Positions 8,281 through 17,442 of a stretch of 38,035 nucleotides of DNA are shown here, one piece after another; position 1 is the first letter of the stretch; every line of letters begins with the position of its first letter. Where the stretch lies: assembly GCA_040508235.1 (NCBI GenBank), contig JBEVNG010000067.1, positions 1 to 38,035 on the forward strand. The letters run 5' to 3'. The notes below the pieces were generated by a model. The model was not told where the DNA came from, did no database searches, and saw nothing but the letters and a program-made list of their open reading frames with translations. The position numbers were made by a program, and so were the translations under genes. Source of the stretch: Polyangiales bacterium (lineage in GTDB: Bacteria; Myxococcota_A; Polyangia; Polyangiales; DASUME01).

Positions 8281-10275
8281 TTGTTCATTCGGTTCGCCAT
8301 CGTCGCGCTGCTCGTCGCATGCATGTGCGATCGTGCGCGCGCACAAGAGCCGCTGGACATCCGCGCGCGCAGCACGCGCAAGATCACCGCGACGCACGGG
8401 CTGGATCCCACGGCATCGGGCACCTCGCTCGACGTGCTCGACCGTGTGACCACGCCGCGCTCGCTTGGCGACATCGTGCGCGAGTCGCCGGGAGCGCGCG
8501 TGTTGAGCACGGGTGGGCTCGGTGCCTCGTCGACACTCAGCCTGCGCGGCGCGCAGGGCGACGAGACGCAGGTGTTGCTGGACGAGATCCCGCTCAACAC
8601 ACCCGACGGCGGCGCGTTCGATCTGAGCCTTTTCCCGGTCGAGCTGTTCTCCAAGGTGAACGTGTTTCGTGGCGGCGCGCCGGTGTGGCTCGGCTCGGGT
8701 GCCATCGGCGGCGTGCTGCAGCTGGTGCCGCGTCGTGGTGATCACAACGGCCTGTACGGTTCGCTCGGCGCGGGCTCGTTCGGCACCTACCAGGCGACCG
8801 CGGGCAGCCAGCTCTCGCTGCCGAACGGATCGTCCTCCAGCTCCGCGCTGGTGCTGCGCAGCACGCAGGGAAACTACCCGTACGTCGACGACCGCGGCAC
8901 CGCGTTCGTGCGCTCGGATGATCGCGAGTTCAAGCTCAAGAACGCGGACTTCCAGGATGCCAGCGGCTTCCAGGACTTCACGCTGCCGCTCGGCAAGGGA
9001 AGGCTGCACGTGGTCGCGCTGGGGGTCGTGCGCGGCGGCGGCCTTTCGGGGCCCGCGGCACAGCCGACGCCCAAGGTGCGCCGCGAGAGCGCGCGCGCAA
9101 TCACCGCCGCGTCCTACACGGTCGAGGGCGGTGAGGCGCTGCAGCGCAAGCTCCAAGTGGTCGCGTCGGGCTCGTACGGCGCCGACCGCTTCAACGATCT
9201 CGATGGCCAGCTCGGCCTCAGCAACCGCACCTCGACCAACAATCGCTCGTTCCGCGCGTTCCTGCGCAGCGCGGGCTCGCTCGAGCTCACGCGCTGGCTG
9301 CGCGCGGACGCGGTTGGCAGCTACGCCTTCGATGCCTTCCTCCCTCACGACCTCTACATCACTCCCGATCCCAGAGCGTCCACGCGCAACACGGTCTCGG
9401 GAGCCGCGGAGCTGATCGCGCACGGCGCGCTCGCGGGCATGCGCTGGGAGCTGCGGCCGTCCGTGCGCGTGGAGTGGAGCAACACCGAGACGCACTTCGT
9501 CAACACGCGCGGAGCCCGCGACTTCGAGCGCCGCGTGCTGGTGCCCACGGGGCGCGTGGGGGGCGTGCTCGAAGTCCACAAGGGAATCGCGCTCAGCGCG
9601 TCGTACGCCACCGGCACGCGCCTTCCGACTCTCTACGAGCTGTTCGGCGACGGCGGGCTGACCTTACCCTCGCCAGACCTCCGACCGGTGAAGTCGAAGA
9701 CCGTCGACGCCGGTGTCACCGCGAAGGGCAAGCTCGGTATCGCGCAGGGCAGCGCGGAGCTGCGCGGCTTCTGGCAGCAGCGCGCCGACTCGATCGCGAT
9801 GTTCCGTACCGCGCAATACCAGGTCGCGTACGAGAACCTGTCGTCCGTGGAGCAGTACGGCCTCGAGTCGCGCGTCGCGGGCGAGCTCACGCGCTGGTTT
9901 CGCGCGAGCGGCTCCTTTACCTGGCTGGAGACAGAGACCGCGCTCGGCACGCGCTTGCCGTTTCGTCCCAAGTTCATCGCGTTCGCGCGCCCGGAGCTGT
10001 ACGTGCCGATCGAGCGCGGCTGGCTCACGTCGGCGAGTGCCGCGACCGAGCTCTGGCATCGCGGCTTCTCGTTCTACGACGACAAGAACCTCGCCTACGC
10101 ACCGGCCTGCACCAAGGTCGGCTTCGGCGCCGGGCTCAACTTCTTTCGCGATGCGGTGCGCCTGAGCGCGCGCCTCGATGACGCGCTCGATGCGCGCTGC
10201 ACCGACCTCATCGGCTACCCGCTGCAGGGTCGCACGTTGTTCTTCAGTTTGAGCTATCGAGAGGGTGGAACGTGA
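8281..10275 (+). CDS. TonB-dependent outer-membrane receptor, probable cobalamin receptor (BtuB-like)
   Basis: Plug motifs (SLRGAQGDETQVLLDEIPLN, VNVFRGGAP..GSGAIGGVL), RLPTLYELFG, C-terminal GYPLQGRTLFFSLSY. Lies behind a B12 riboswitch. TTG 8281 with a GGAG RBS and signal peptide is preferred over the track start at 8176. Confidence 0.9.
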   Translation: MFIRFAIVALLVACMCDRARAQEPLDIRARSTRKITATHGLDPTASGTSLDVLDRVTTPRSLGDIVRESPGARVLSTGGLGASSTLSLRGAQGDETQVLLDEIPLNTPDGGAFDLSLFPVELFSKVNVFRGGAPVWLGSGAIGGVLQLVPRRGDHNGLYGSLGAGSFGTYQATAGSQLSLPNGSSSSSALVLRSTQGNYPYVDDRGTAFVRSDDREFKLKNADFQDASGFQDFTLPLGKGRLHVVALGVVRGGGLSGPAAQPTPKVRRESARAITAASYTVEGGEALQRKLQVVASGSYGADRFNDLDGQLGLSNRTSTNNRSFRAFLRSAGSLELTRWLRADAVGSYAFDAFLPHDLYITPDPRASTRNTVSGAAELIAHGALAGMRWELRPSVRVEWSNTETHFVNTRGARDFERRVLVPTGRVGGVLEVHKGIALSASYATGTRLPTLYELFGDGGLTLPSPDLRPVKSKTVDAGVTAKGKLGIAQGSAELRGFWQQRADSIAMFRTAQYQVAYENLSSVEQYGLESRVAGELTRWFRASGSFTWLETETALGTRLPFRPKFIAFARPELYVPIERGWLTSASAATELWHRGFSFYDDKNLAYAPACTKVGFGAGLNFFRDAVRLSARLDDALDARCTDLIGYPLQGRTLFFSLSYREGGT

Positions 10276-11666
10276 AACTTCGTAAAGTCTTGATCCTTGG
10301 TTGTCTGCTGGCTGCATGCGACGAGCCGCCGGAGGCCGGCGGCCCGAGCCTCCCCACGTTTCCGATGGACGGCGACGTGCCGCAGGTCCCGGACGACGCC
10401 GCGGTGCAGAGCGACGCCGCGCTGCCGAGCGATGCCGCCTCGCCGGTGGACAGCGGCCTCGACGCTGGCGCACCGGTGCGCACGGGTCCGGCGTTCGCCG
10501 TGATCAACAGCGACTGGACGTCGACCGCCATCTCGCTGCTCGACGTCGAGGGCAAGGTCCTGGCGGACAACTACCTCAACTCCGGCTCTCGCCCCGCGGG
10601 CCTGGTCACCGCGTTGTCCGGCGACGTCGAGCTGCCCAAGCGATCCGGCGAACAGGGCGTGCTCGTGATCCTCGACCGCTTCCGCACCGACGTGGTCACG
10701 CGCGTGCGCCTGTCGGACGGCGCGATCCTGGGCCAGGTCAAGACGCACACGCCGCCCGAGCAGAACACCACCAGCTCGTACTCGTCCAACCCGCACGACT
10801 ACCTCTACATCGACCCGGAGACTGCGTACGTCACGCGCAGCGAGCCCAACGTCGACACCGGCGCGCTGCCGATCGATCTCGGCGACGACCTGTTCCGCAT
10901 CAACCCGACCACGATGCAGCGCAGCGGCGAGCGCATCGACCTCGGCGTGCTCGATCAGCAGGTGATGGGCACCAGCGGCATGGTCACCGCCTACGCTCGT
11001 CCGTCGCGCATGGTGCGCCTCGGCCGCACGGTGGTGGTCGGCATCGGCCGCTCCGCGTTCGACTTTAAGGCCGTCGGCGACGGCGTGGTCGCGCTGGTGA
11101 ACCTCGACACCAAGGTCGTCACCGGCTTCCCGCTCCCCGGCCTGAAGAACTGCACCGACGTCGAGCACGTGCCCAACGACAGCGACACCGTGCTCGTCTC
11201 CTGCGGCGGCGACTGGAACACCGGCAGCAAGGCGACCGCGGGCCTCGCGCTCGTCGGCGTCAGCAACGGCACGGCGCAGGTCGAGCAGATCTGGCGCGCG
11301 GCCAACGACGCCGCCGCGACGCCGCTCACGTCGGCCACGACCTCGCTCGGCGGCACGCTCGTGGGCGCGGCGGCGAACGACTACTCCGGCAGCGGCACGG
11401 ACGTCTACGCGGTGCTCGACCTCGCGACCGGCAGCAAGACCATGATCAAGTCGATCACGCCCGGCAAGGGAGTGTTCGGCACGCCTTCGTTCGACGCCGC
11501 GAGAGGCCTGCTGCTGCTGCCCGACGCGAGCATGGACAAGGACAAGAAGCCCACCGCCGGCCTGCGCCGCTTCCAGCGCAACGCCGACGGTAGCTTCACC
11601 GAGCTGGAGCTCGTAAAGGTGGCGCCGGGCACCAACATGCCGGTGCGCCACGTCTTCCCGCTGTGA
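10272..11666 (+). CDS. Beta-propeller surface lipoprotein, candidate BtuG-like partner of the TonB receptor
   Basis: GTG overlaps the receptor stop. Lipobox LLAAC, DAA/DAG linker, YncE-like blades (SNPHD..AYVTR, ARPSRM, KNCTDV). Confidence 0.75.
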   Translation: MKLRKVLILGCLLAACDEPPEAGGPSLPTFPMDGDVPQVPDDAAVQSDAALPSDAASPVDSGLDAGAPVRTGPAFAVINSDWTSTAISLLDVEGKVLADNYLNSGSRPAGLVTALSGDVELPKRSGEQGVLVILDRFRTDVVTRVRLSDGAILGQVKTHTPPEQNTTSSYSSNPHDYLYIDPETAYVTRSEPNVDTGALPIDLGDDLFRINPTTMQRSGERIDLGVLDQQVMGTSGMVTAYARPSRMVRLGRTVVVGIGRSAFDFKAVGDGVVALVNLDTKVVTGFPLPGLKNCTDVEHVPNDSDTVLVSCGGDWNTGSKATAGLALVGVSNGTAQVEQIWRAANDAAATPLTSATTSLGGTLVGAAANDYSGSGTDVYAVLDLATGSKTMIKSITPGKGVFGTPSFDAARGLLLLPDASMDKDKKPTAGLRRFQRNADGSFTELELVKVAPGTNMPVRHVFPL

Positions 11667-12959
11667 TCAGCGCCAGCTCGTGGGCGAGGTGAGTCCCTCG
11701 TAGAGCGGCTTCTGTTCGGCGAGCTTCTTCACGCGCGCGCGCAGCGCGTCGTGGTTCGCGTTGGGCTGCAGCGTCAGCGCGATGATGTCCGCCACCTCGG
11801 TGAACTCCGCGTCGCCGAAGCCGCGCGTCGCGAGCGCCGGGGTGCCGATGCGCACGCCGCTCGGCGTCAACGGCGGGCGCGGGTCGAACGGCACCGCGTT
11901 GCGGTTGACGGTGATGCCCACCGCGTGGAGCGCGTCTTCCGCGTCCTTGCCGTGGATGGCGGACTTGCGCAGGTCGACCAGCACCAGGTGCACGTCGGTG
12001 CCGCCGGTGAGCACGTCGACGCCCGCGTCGCGCGCGTCCTTGGCGGTGAGGCGCTCGGCCAGGATCTTGGCGCCGCGCAGCGTGCGCTCCTGACGGTCCG
12101 CGAACTCCGGCTCGCCCGCGAGCTTGAAGGCCGTGGCCTTGGCCGCGATGATGTGCATCAGCGGGCCGCCCTGCTGGCCGGGGAACACGTTCGAGTTGAG
12201 CTTCTTCTGCAGCTCGAGATCGTTGGTGAGGATGAAGCCCGAGCGCGGGCCGCCGATGGTCTTGTGCACCGTCGACGAGGTCACGTGCGCGTGCGGCACC
12301 GGCGACGGATGCAGCTTGGCGGCGACCAGGCCCGCGAAGTGCGCCATGTCGACCCACAGGATGGCGCCGACCTCGTCCGCGATCGCGCGGAAGGCCGCGA
12401 AGTCGAGCTGACGCGGATAGGCCGACCAGCCTGCGATCAGCACGTGCGGCCGAACCTCGAGCGCCTTCTTGCGCACGACATCCAGGTCGACCCGGAACGT
12501 CTCGGGGTCCACGCCGTACGCGTGCGCCTCGTAGAGCTTGCCGGAGAAGTTGAGCTTCATGCCGTGGGTCAGGTGACCACCGTGGGCGAGCTCCAGGCCG
12601 AGGATGCGGTCGCCCGGGTTGGCGATCGCCGACAACACCGCGGCGTTGGCGGACGCGCCCGAGTGCGGCTGCACGTTGGCGTAGCCCGCGCCGAACAGCT
12701 TCTTCACGCGCTCGATGGCCAGCTTCTCGGCGACATCGACGTGCTCGCAGCCGCCGTAGTAGCGGCGACCGGGGTAGCCCTCGGCGTACTTGTTGGTGAG
12801 CACGGAGCCCGCCGCCTCGAGCACGGCGCGCGGCACGAAGTTCTCGCTCGCGATCATCTCCAGCGTGTTCCGTTGGCGGCCGAGCTCGGCCTCCAGGACG
12901 GCGGCGATCTCCGGATCGACTTCCTGTAGCGGCGCGCTGAACTGGCCCTTCCCCGTCAT
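11667..12959 (-). CDS. glyA: Serine hydroxymethyltransferase
   Basis: [44 protein letters not shown]-lysine motif [29 protein letters not shown]. Confidence 0.98.
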   Translation of the reverse strand: MTGKGQFSAPLQEVDPEIAAVLEAELGRQRNTLEMIASENFVPRAVLEAAGSVLTNKYAEGYPGRRYYGGCEHVDVAEKLAIERVKKLFGAGYANVQPHSGASANAAVLSAIANPGDRILGLELAHGGHLTHGMKLNFSGKLYEAHAYGVDPETFRVDLDVVRKKALEVRPHVLIAGWSAYPRQLDFAAFRAIADEVGAILWVDMAHFAGLVAAKLHPSPVPHAHVTSSTVHKTIGGPRSGFILTNDLELQKKLNSNVFPGQQGGPLMHIIAAKATAFKLAGEPEFADRQERTLRGAKILAERLTAKDARDAGVDVLTGGTDVHLVLVDLRKSAIHGKDAEDALHAVGITVNRNAVPFDPRPPLTPSGVRIGTPALATRGFGDAEFTEVADIIALTLQPNANHDALRARVKKLAEQKPLYEGLTSPTSWR

Positions 12960-13002
12960 CACGAACTCCTTTTCGAGGCGCCTAAGGTGGCAGCCCCGCG
13001 CG

Positions 13003-13160
13003 TTCGCACAAGCGGGAAACGCTCACTGCGAACTTTTGCGTCTTTTCGCGCATCTGCGCTGCAAAGAACGTGAACCGGTTTGCGAAGGCTCGCTACGCAA
13101 AAGTGCGCCTTTTCCTGCCTTGTTGCACGGCCGGTCATGCCCAAGCTCCCGGCTCGCAAA
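13003..13160. promoter_or_regulatory. Cluster of ScfR/RamB-like octamers in the glyA-fpr divergent spacer
   Basis: TTTGCGAA 13079-86, plus variants TTCGCACA 13003, ACTGCGAA 13025, TTTGCGTC 13035, TTCGCGCA 13045, GCTGCAAA 13058, TACGCAAA 13094, CTCGCAAA 13153. Confidence 0.5.
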
Positions 13161-13170
13161 GGAGACCGGC

Positions 13171-13974
13171 TTGACCCTCGACACCGCCACCGTGATCACC
13201 GTGCCGTCTGCATACTGTCTGGAGACCGTGCTCTCCGTGCGCCACTGGAGCGACGGCCTGTTCAGCTTCCGCTGTACGCGCAGCCGCGGCTTCCGCTTCG
13301 AGGCTGGCCAGTTCACGATGATCGGCCTGCTCAGCGCCGGAAAGCCGCTGGTGCGCGCCTATTCGATGGTCAGCGCACCCGGCGACGATCACCTGGAGTT
13401 CCTGTCGGTCGCGGTTCCCCACGGCGCGCTGACCAGCCAGCTGCGCAAGGTGCGCGTCGGCGACGAGGTGCTGGTCGGCAAGAAAGCCGTGGGCAGCCTC
13501 ACGCTGGGCAGCCTGCACCCGGGCGGCACCCTCTGGATGCTCGGCACCGGCACCGGTCTGGCGCCGTTCATGAGCATCCTGCACACCCCGGAGGTCTACG
13601 AGCGATACGAGCGCATCGTGCTCAGTCACACCGTCCGCGCGGTGAGTGAGCTCGCCTACGCGAAGACCATCGAGGCGCTGCCGGAGCACGACCTGCTCGG
13701 AGACTACGTGGGCCAGAAGCTGCTCTACTACCCGAGCGTGACGCGCGAGGCCTTTGCGACCACGGGCCGCATCACGGACCACATCCGCAGCGGGCGCGTG
13801 TTCAGCGACCTGAATCTCGAGCGTCTGCACCCGGAGCGCGACCGCGTGATGTTGTGTGGCAGCGAGGCGATGAACGCCGAGTGCAAGCAGCTGCTGGAGG
13901 CCGAAGGCTTCACGGAGGGCTGCACCGGCGAGCGCGGCTCGTACGTGCTCGAGAAGGCCTTCGTCAGCAAGTGA
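13171..13974 (+). CDS. fpr: Ferredoxin/flavodoxin-NADP+ reductase
   Basis: GQFTMIGL, RAYSMVS, GTGTGLAPF, MLCGS and C-terminal EKAFVSK. TTG 13171 follows an AGGAG RBS. Confidence 0.9.
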   Translation: MTLDTATVITVPSAYCLETVLSVRHWSDGLFSFRCTRSRGFRFEAGQFTMIGLLSAGKPLVRAYSMVSAPGDDHLEFLSVAVPHGALTSQLRKVRVGDEVLVGKKAVGSLTLGSLHPGGTLWMLGTGTGLAPFMSILHTPEVYERYERIVLSHTVRAVSELAYAKTIEALPEHDLLGDYVGQKLLYYPSVTREAFATTGRITDHIRSGRVFSDLNLERLHPERDRVMLCGSEAMNAECKQLLEAEGFTEGCTGERGSYVLEKAFVSK

Positions 13975-14042
13975 AAGCGCCCGCGATACAGGGGTTGTGC
14001 ACGCCTTCTTCCGTGATAGGAGCAGGCTCTCTGGAGGCTTCG

Positions 14043-14699
14043 ATGCTCGCTAGCGCCGCGCTCGCTCCGATCCCACCCACCCACGTCGTGCCGCAGCCCG
14101 ACGGCACGCTGATGGAGTACACGGACATCCCGATCGTGCCCGCCGAGCTCGGCGTCGCGCACAACAAGATCCTGCGTCTGAAGCAGATCGAGGAGCTGCC
14201 GCGCGAGCGTCGCGGCACCATGCTCTCGCTGGTCTACGACCTGTTCGTCGAGAGCTGGGAGCAGATCGTGTTCGGGCCGTGCATCCAGGGCGCGGTGTTC
14301 GAGCTGCAGCTCGGCGCGCGACCCGAGCAGCTGTCGTACCTCGATGGCTACCTGACCGTGCACCTCGAGCCGGGCCCGGCGCACATGCACCTCTGCATCG
14401 GCGCGCACCAGGGCCTGAAGAACGAGACGCCGGACGAGCTGGCGCGCATCCGTCCGTGCAAGCGCGCGACGTTCGTGCGCAGCTTCAGCCAGGGGTGCTT
14501 GCCTGGCTCCTGGCAGCTGCAGCTGTTCAATGGCGCCAACGAGCAGATGATCACGTTCTTCCTGCCGAGCCCGTGGTGGGACCGTCAGAAAGAGAAGCGG
14601 CTCAAGGAGCCGAACTGGGAGCACCTCACGCTCTGGAACACGCTGCGCGCGCGCTACCTCGGCGAGCAGGTGCCGCAGCCGCTGCCAATCGAAGCATGA
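14043..14699 (+). CDS. Hypothetical cytoplasmic protein with a ChuX/HutX/HemS-like motif pattern
   Basis: GGAGG RBS. GAVFEL...DGYLTV...HMHLCIG...SWQLQLFNGANEQMITFFLP. Its stop overlaps the ABC permease start (ATGA). Confidence 0.65.
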   Translation: MLASAALAPIPPTHVVPQPDGTLMEYTDIPIVPAELGVAHNKILRLKQIEELPRERRGTMLSLVYDLFVESWEQIVFGPCIQGAVFELQLGARPEQLSYLDGYLTVHLEPGPAHMHLCIGAHQGLKNETPDELARIRPCKRATFVRSFSQGCLPGSWQLQLFNGANEQMITFFLPSPWWDRQKEKRLKEPNWEHLTLWNTLRARYLGEQVPQPLPIEA

Positions 14700-15733
14700 C
14701 CAGCGACGCGCTCGAGCTGTCCGGATCGTCCGGACGTCGCTGGGGGCGCGGCACGCTGATCGCTCTTGCGCTCGTCGGCTTCGCGGCGGCGAGCGCGTTG
14801 CTCGGCTTGTGGGTCGGCCGCGGGACCGCGCTCGATGGCTCGATGAGCGAGCTGTTCCTCACCATGCGCGCGTACCGCGTGGGCGTCGCGTTCTTTGCCG
14901 GAGGCGCGCTCGCCGTCAGTGGCGCACTGGTGCAGGGCCTGGTGCGCAACCCGCTCGCCAGTCCCAACATCCTGGGCACCAACGCGGGTGCGCTGCTCGG
15001 CGGCAAGCTCGCGCTGATCGTGACCTTCGTGATGCTGGAGGGACGCGCGCTGCCGCACCTGCTGCCGGAGATGCTGGTCCCGCTCGGCTGCATCGTCGGC
15101 GGCTCCATCGCGCTCGGCACCGTGATCTCGATCAGCTCGCTGCGCGCGAGCACCATCGCGCTGGTGCTGACCGGCTTCGTGCTCAACGGCATCTTCATGA
15201 GCATCGGCAGCTTCCTCAGCAACGCGTCGCAGGACTACGTCGAGCTCAACCGCGCGATGATCACGTTCGCGGCGGGCAGCTTGAGCGGCTCGGGCTCGCG
15301 GCAGCTGATGCTGGCGATCACGCTGTCTCTCGCGGGCCTCTTGCCCGCGTTGTTCTGGTCGCGCTCGCTGGACGTGTTGTTGTCCGGCGAGGAAGAGGCG
15401 GCCGCACTGGGCGTGGAAGTACCTCGTGTGCGCCTCTGGGGTGTGGTCTGGGCCGCGCTGATGGCCGCGGGCGCGGTCTCGGTGGGTGCGGGCGTGGGCT
15501 TCATCGACTTGATCACGCCGCACGTCGTGCGCCGCATGATCGGTCCCTCGCACCGCACGCTCTTGCCCGCGTCCTTCATGCTCGGTGGCAGCTTCCTGAT
15601 CCTGTGCGACGCGTTGTGCCGCGCGCTGCCGCTCAAGCACGAGCTACCGCTGCAGGTGTTGGTGGACATGCTCGGCGGCCCGGCGTTCCTGTGGATGCTG
15701 CGCCGGCTCGGCACGGAGCGTGGCCATGGCTGA
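14696..15733 (+). CDS. FecCD/BtuC-family ABC permease
   Basis: GALAVSGALVQGLVRNPLASPNILG, GEEEAAALGV (EAA loop), PHVVRRMIG. Confidence 0.92.
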   Translation: MTSDALELSGSSGRRWGRGTLIALALVGFAAASALLGLWVGRGTALDGSMSELFLTMRAYRVGVAFFAGGALAVSGALVQGLVRNPLASPNILGTNAGALLGGKLALIVTFVMLEGRALPHLLPEMLVPLGCIVGGSIALGTVISISSLRASTIALVLTGFVLNGIFMSIGSFLSNASQDYVELNRAMITFAAGSLSGSGSRQLMLAITLSLAGLLPALFWSRSLDVLLSGEEEAAALGVEVPRVRLWGVVWAALMAAGAVSVGAGVGFIDLITPHVVRRMIGPSHRTLLPASFMLGGSFLILCDALCRALPLKHELPLQVLVDMLGGPAFLWMLRRLGTERGHG

Positions 15734-16481
15734 GGCACTGAGCGCGACGAACGTCGAGGTGAAGCGCGGCAAGCTCACGGTGCTCCGCAACGTCTCGTTC
15801 CGCGCGGAGTTCGGCAGCGTCACCGCGATCATAGGCCCCAATGGCGCTGGCAAGAGCAGCTTGCTGCGGGCGCTCAACGGGCTGCTGCCGCACCAAGGCC
15901 GCATCACCACGAACGAACGAGAGATCGCAAAGCTCTCCCCACGCGAGCGCGCACGCCGTATCGCCTACGTGCCGCAGCAGACGCAGCTGGCGGCTAACTT
16001 GAGCGTGCGCGAGACGGTCGCGCAGGGACGCTTCGCGCACACGTCCGGCTGGGCGCAGGTCGACACGCACGCGCCCTCCGTGCAGCGCGCGCTCGTCGAT
16101 GCCCACGTCACGCACCTCCGTGACCGCGCTTTCAACACGCTGTCGGGCGGCGAGCAGCGCCGGGTGTTGCTGGCACGCGCCCTCGCCACGGAGGCTTCGA
16201 TCTTGCTCCTCGATGAGCCCACCGCCGGCCTGGATCTCGCGCACGTCCTGCGCTTCCACGCGCTGATCCGCACGCTCGCGGATCGCGGCCTGTGCGTGAT
16301 CAGTGTGCTGCACGATCTGGTCGACGTGTTTCATCACGCCGATCGCGCGCTGTTGCTCGCGCATGGCGAGCAGGTGCTGGAGGGTCCCGCCGCGGACGTC
16401 GTGCGCTCCGAGCAGGTCACGCGTGTATATGGCGTGCGCGTCGCGGCGCTGACGGCTCCGTTCGAGCTGGTGACGCCATGA
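15726..16481 (+). CDS. ABC ATPase (BtuD/FecE-like)
   Basis: Walker A GPNGAGKS, signature LSGGEQRR, Walker B LLLDEPT, H-loop VLHDL. Confidence 0.93.
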   Translation: MAEALSATNVEVKRGKLTVLRNVSFRAEFGSVTAIIGPNGAGKSSLLRALNGLLPHQGRITTNEREIAKLSPRERARRIAYVPQQTQLAANLSVRETVAQGRFAHTSGWAQVDTHAPSVQRALVDAHVTHLRDRAFNTLSGGEQRRVLLARALATEASILLLDEPTAGLDLAHVLRFHALIRTLADRGLCVISVLHDLVDVFHHADRALLLAHGEQVLEGPAADVVRSEQVTRVYGVRVAALTAPFELVTP

Positions 16482-17440
16482 AGCGCGTCGACTACGTCAG
16501 CGCATCGTGGCTCGCGCTCGCCATCGCGGTCACCGTCTGGCTCGGGCTCGATCGCGCCGGCACGCGCGCCAGCGTGCCCGTGCAGCGTGAGAAGCTTGCC
16601 GCCGAGGCCCGGCTCGCGCAGCTGCCCAACGGCGAGCGCGGCGTGATCGACGCCAACGGCGTGGTGGTGCCGATCCGCAACTACCAGCGCATCGCCACCA
16701 TCAGCACGCCCGCCGATACCATCGCGCTCGCGCTGCTGGAGCCGGAGCGCCTGATCGCGATGAGCGACTACGGCAAGGGTCACAGCGAGACGCCCTACCT
16801 CTACGGCGCGCGCATGACCGTGTATGGACCCAAGCACCTGGAGGAGCTGGTGCAGCAGCGTGTCGACCTGCTGCTGATCAACCACCTCGGCTCGGCGGCG
16901 GATCTCGCACGCGTGCGCGAGGCGGGCATCCAGGTGTTCAACCTCGGCGACATGCGCGGCATGACCACGCTGCTGCCCAACATCGCGGCGTTCGCGGCGT
17001 TGATCGGCGCGCCCGAGCGTGGTGAGGCGTACGCCAGCAAGCTGGTGCGGCGCATGCGCGCGGTCGCCGCGGACATCGCACCCGCGCGGCGCAAGACCGC
17101 GATCTACGTCAGCTCGTACGCCAACCAGCTGTTCGGCGGCGCGGACGGCACCAGCTACCACGACGTGCTGACCAGCGCGGGCCTGCGCGACCTCGCCGCC
17201 GAGCGCGGCTTCAGTGGCTGGACGCACTTCGATCCCGAGCAGCTGGTGGAGCTCGATCCCGAGCTGATCGTCGCGCACGACGGCACCGGCGAGCTGCTCT
17301 GCCGCGTGGGTGGACTCGCGGTGCTGCGCGCTTGCAAGCACGGCGGCGTGATCGAGATGCAGATGGACCTGCTGTCCGATCCAGGACCGCGCATGCTCGA
17401 GGCCGCCGAGGTGCTACGCGAGCGCGTCTACAAGCACTGA
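16478..17440 (+). CDS. ABC substrate-binding protein (BtuF-like) with an N-terminal membrane anchor or signal
   Basis: ATGA overlap with the ATPase. Hydrophobic N-terminus, YQRIATIS..AD.I...L, EQLVELDPELIV, PGPRMLEAAE. Confidence 0.85.
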   Translation: MKRVDYVSASWLALAIAVTVWLGLDRAGTRASVPVQREKLAAEARLAQLPNGERGVIDANGVVVPIRNYQRIATISTPADTIALALLEPERLIAMSDYGKGHSETPYLYGARMTVYGPKHLEELVQQRVDLLLINHLGSAADLARVREAGIQVFNLGDMRGMTTLLPNIAAFAALIGAPERGEAYASKLVRRMRAVAADIAPARRKTAIYVSSYANQLFGGADGTSYHDVLTSAGLRDLAAERGFSGWTHFDPEQLVELDPELIVAHDGTGELLCRVGGLAVLRACKHGGVIEMQMDLLSDPGPRMLEAAEVLRERVYKH

Positions 17441-17442
17441 GG

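Noticed and set aside
12960-13170. Possible riboswitch (ZMP/ZTP, glycine, THF or cobalamin) or MetR box upstream of glyA
   Set aside because: No convincing consensus was found on either strand. TGAACCGGTTTGC is a poor MetR match, and the octamer array explains the region better.
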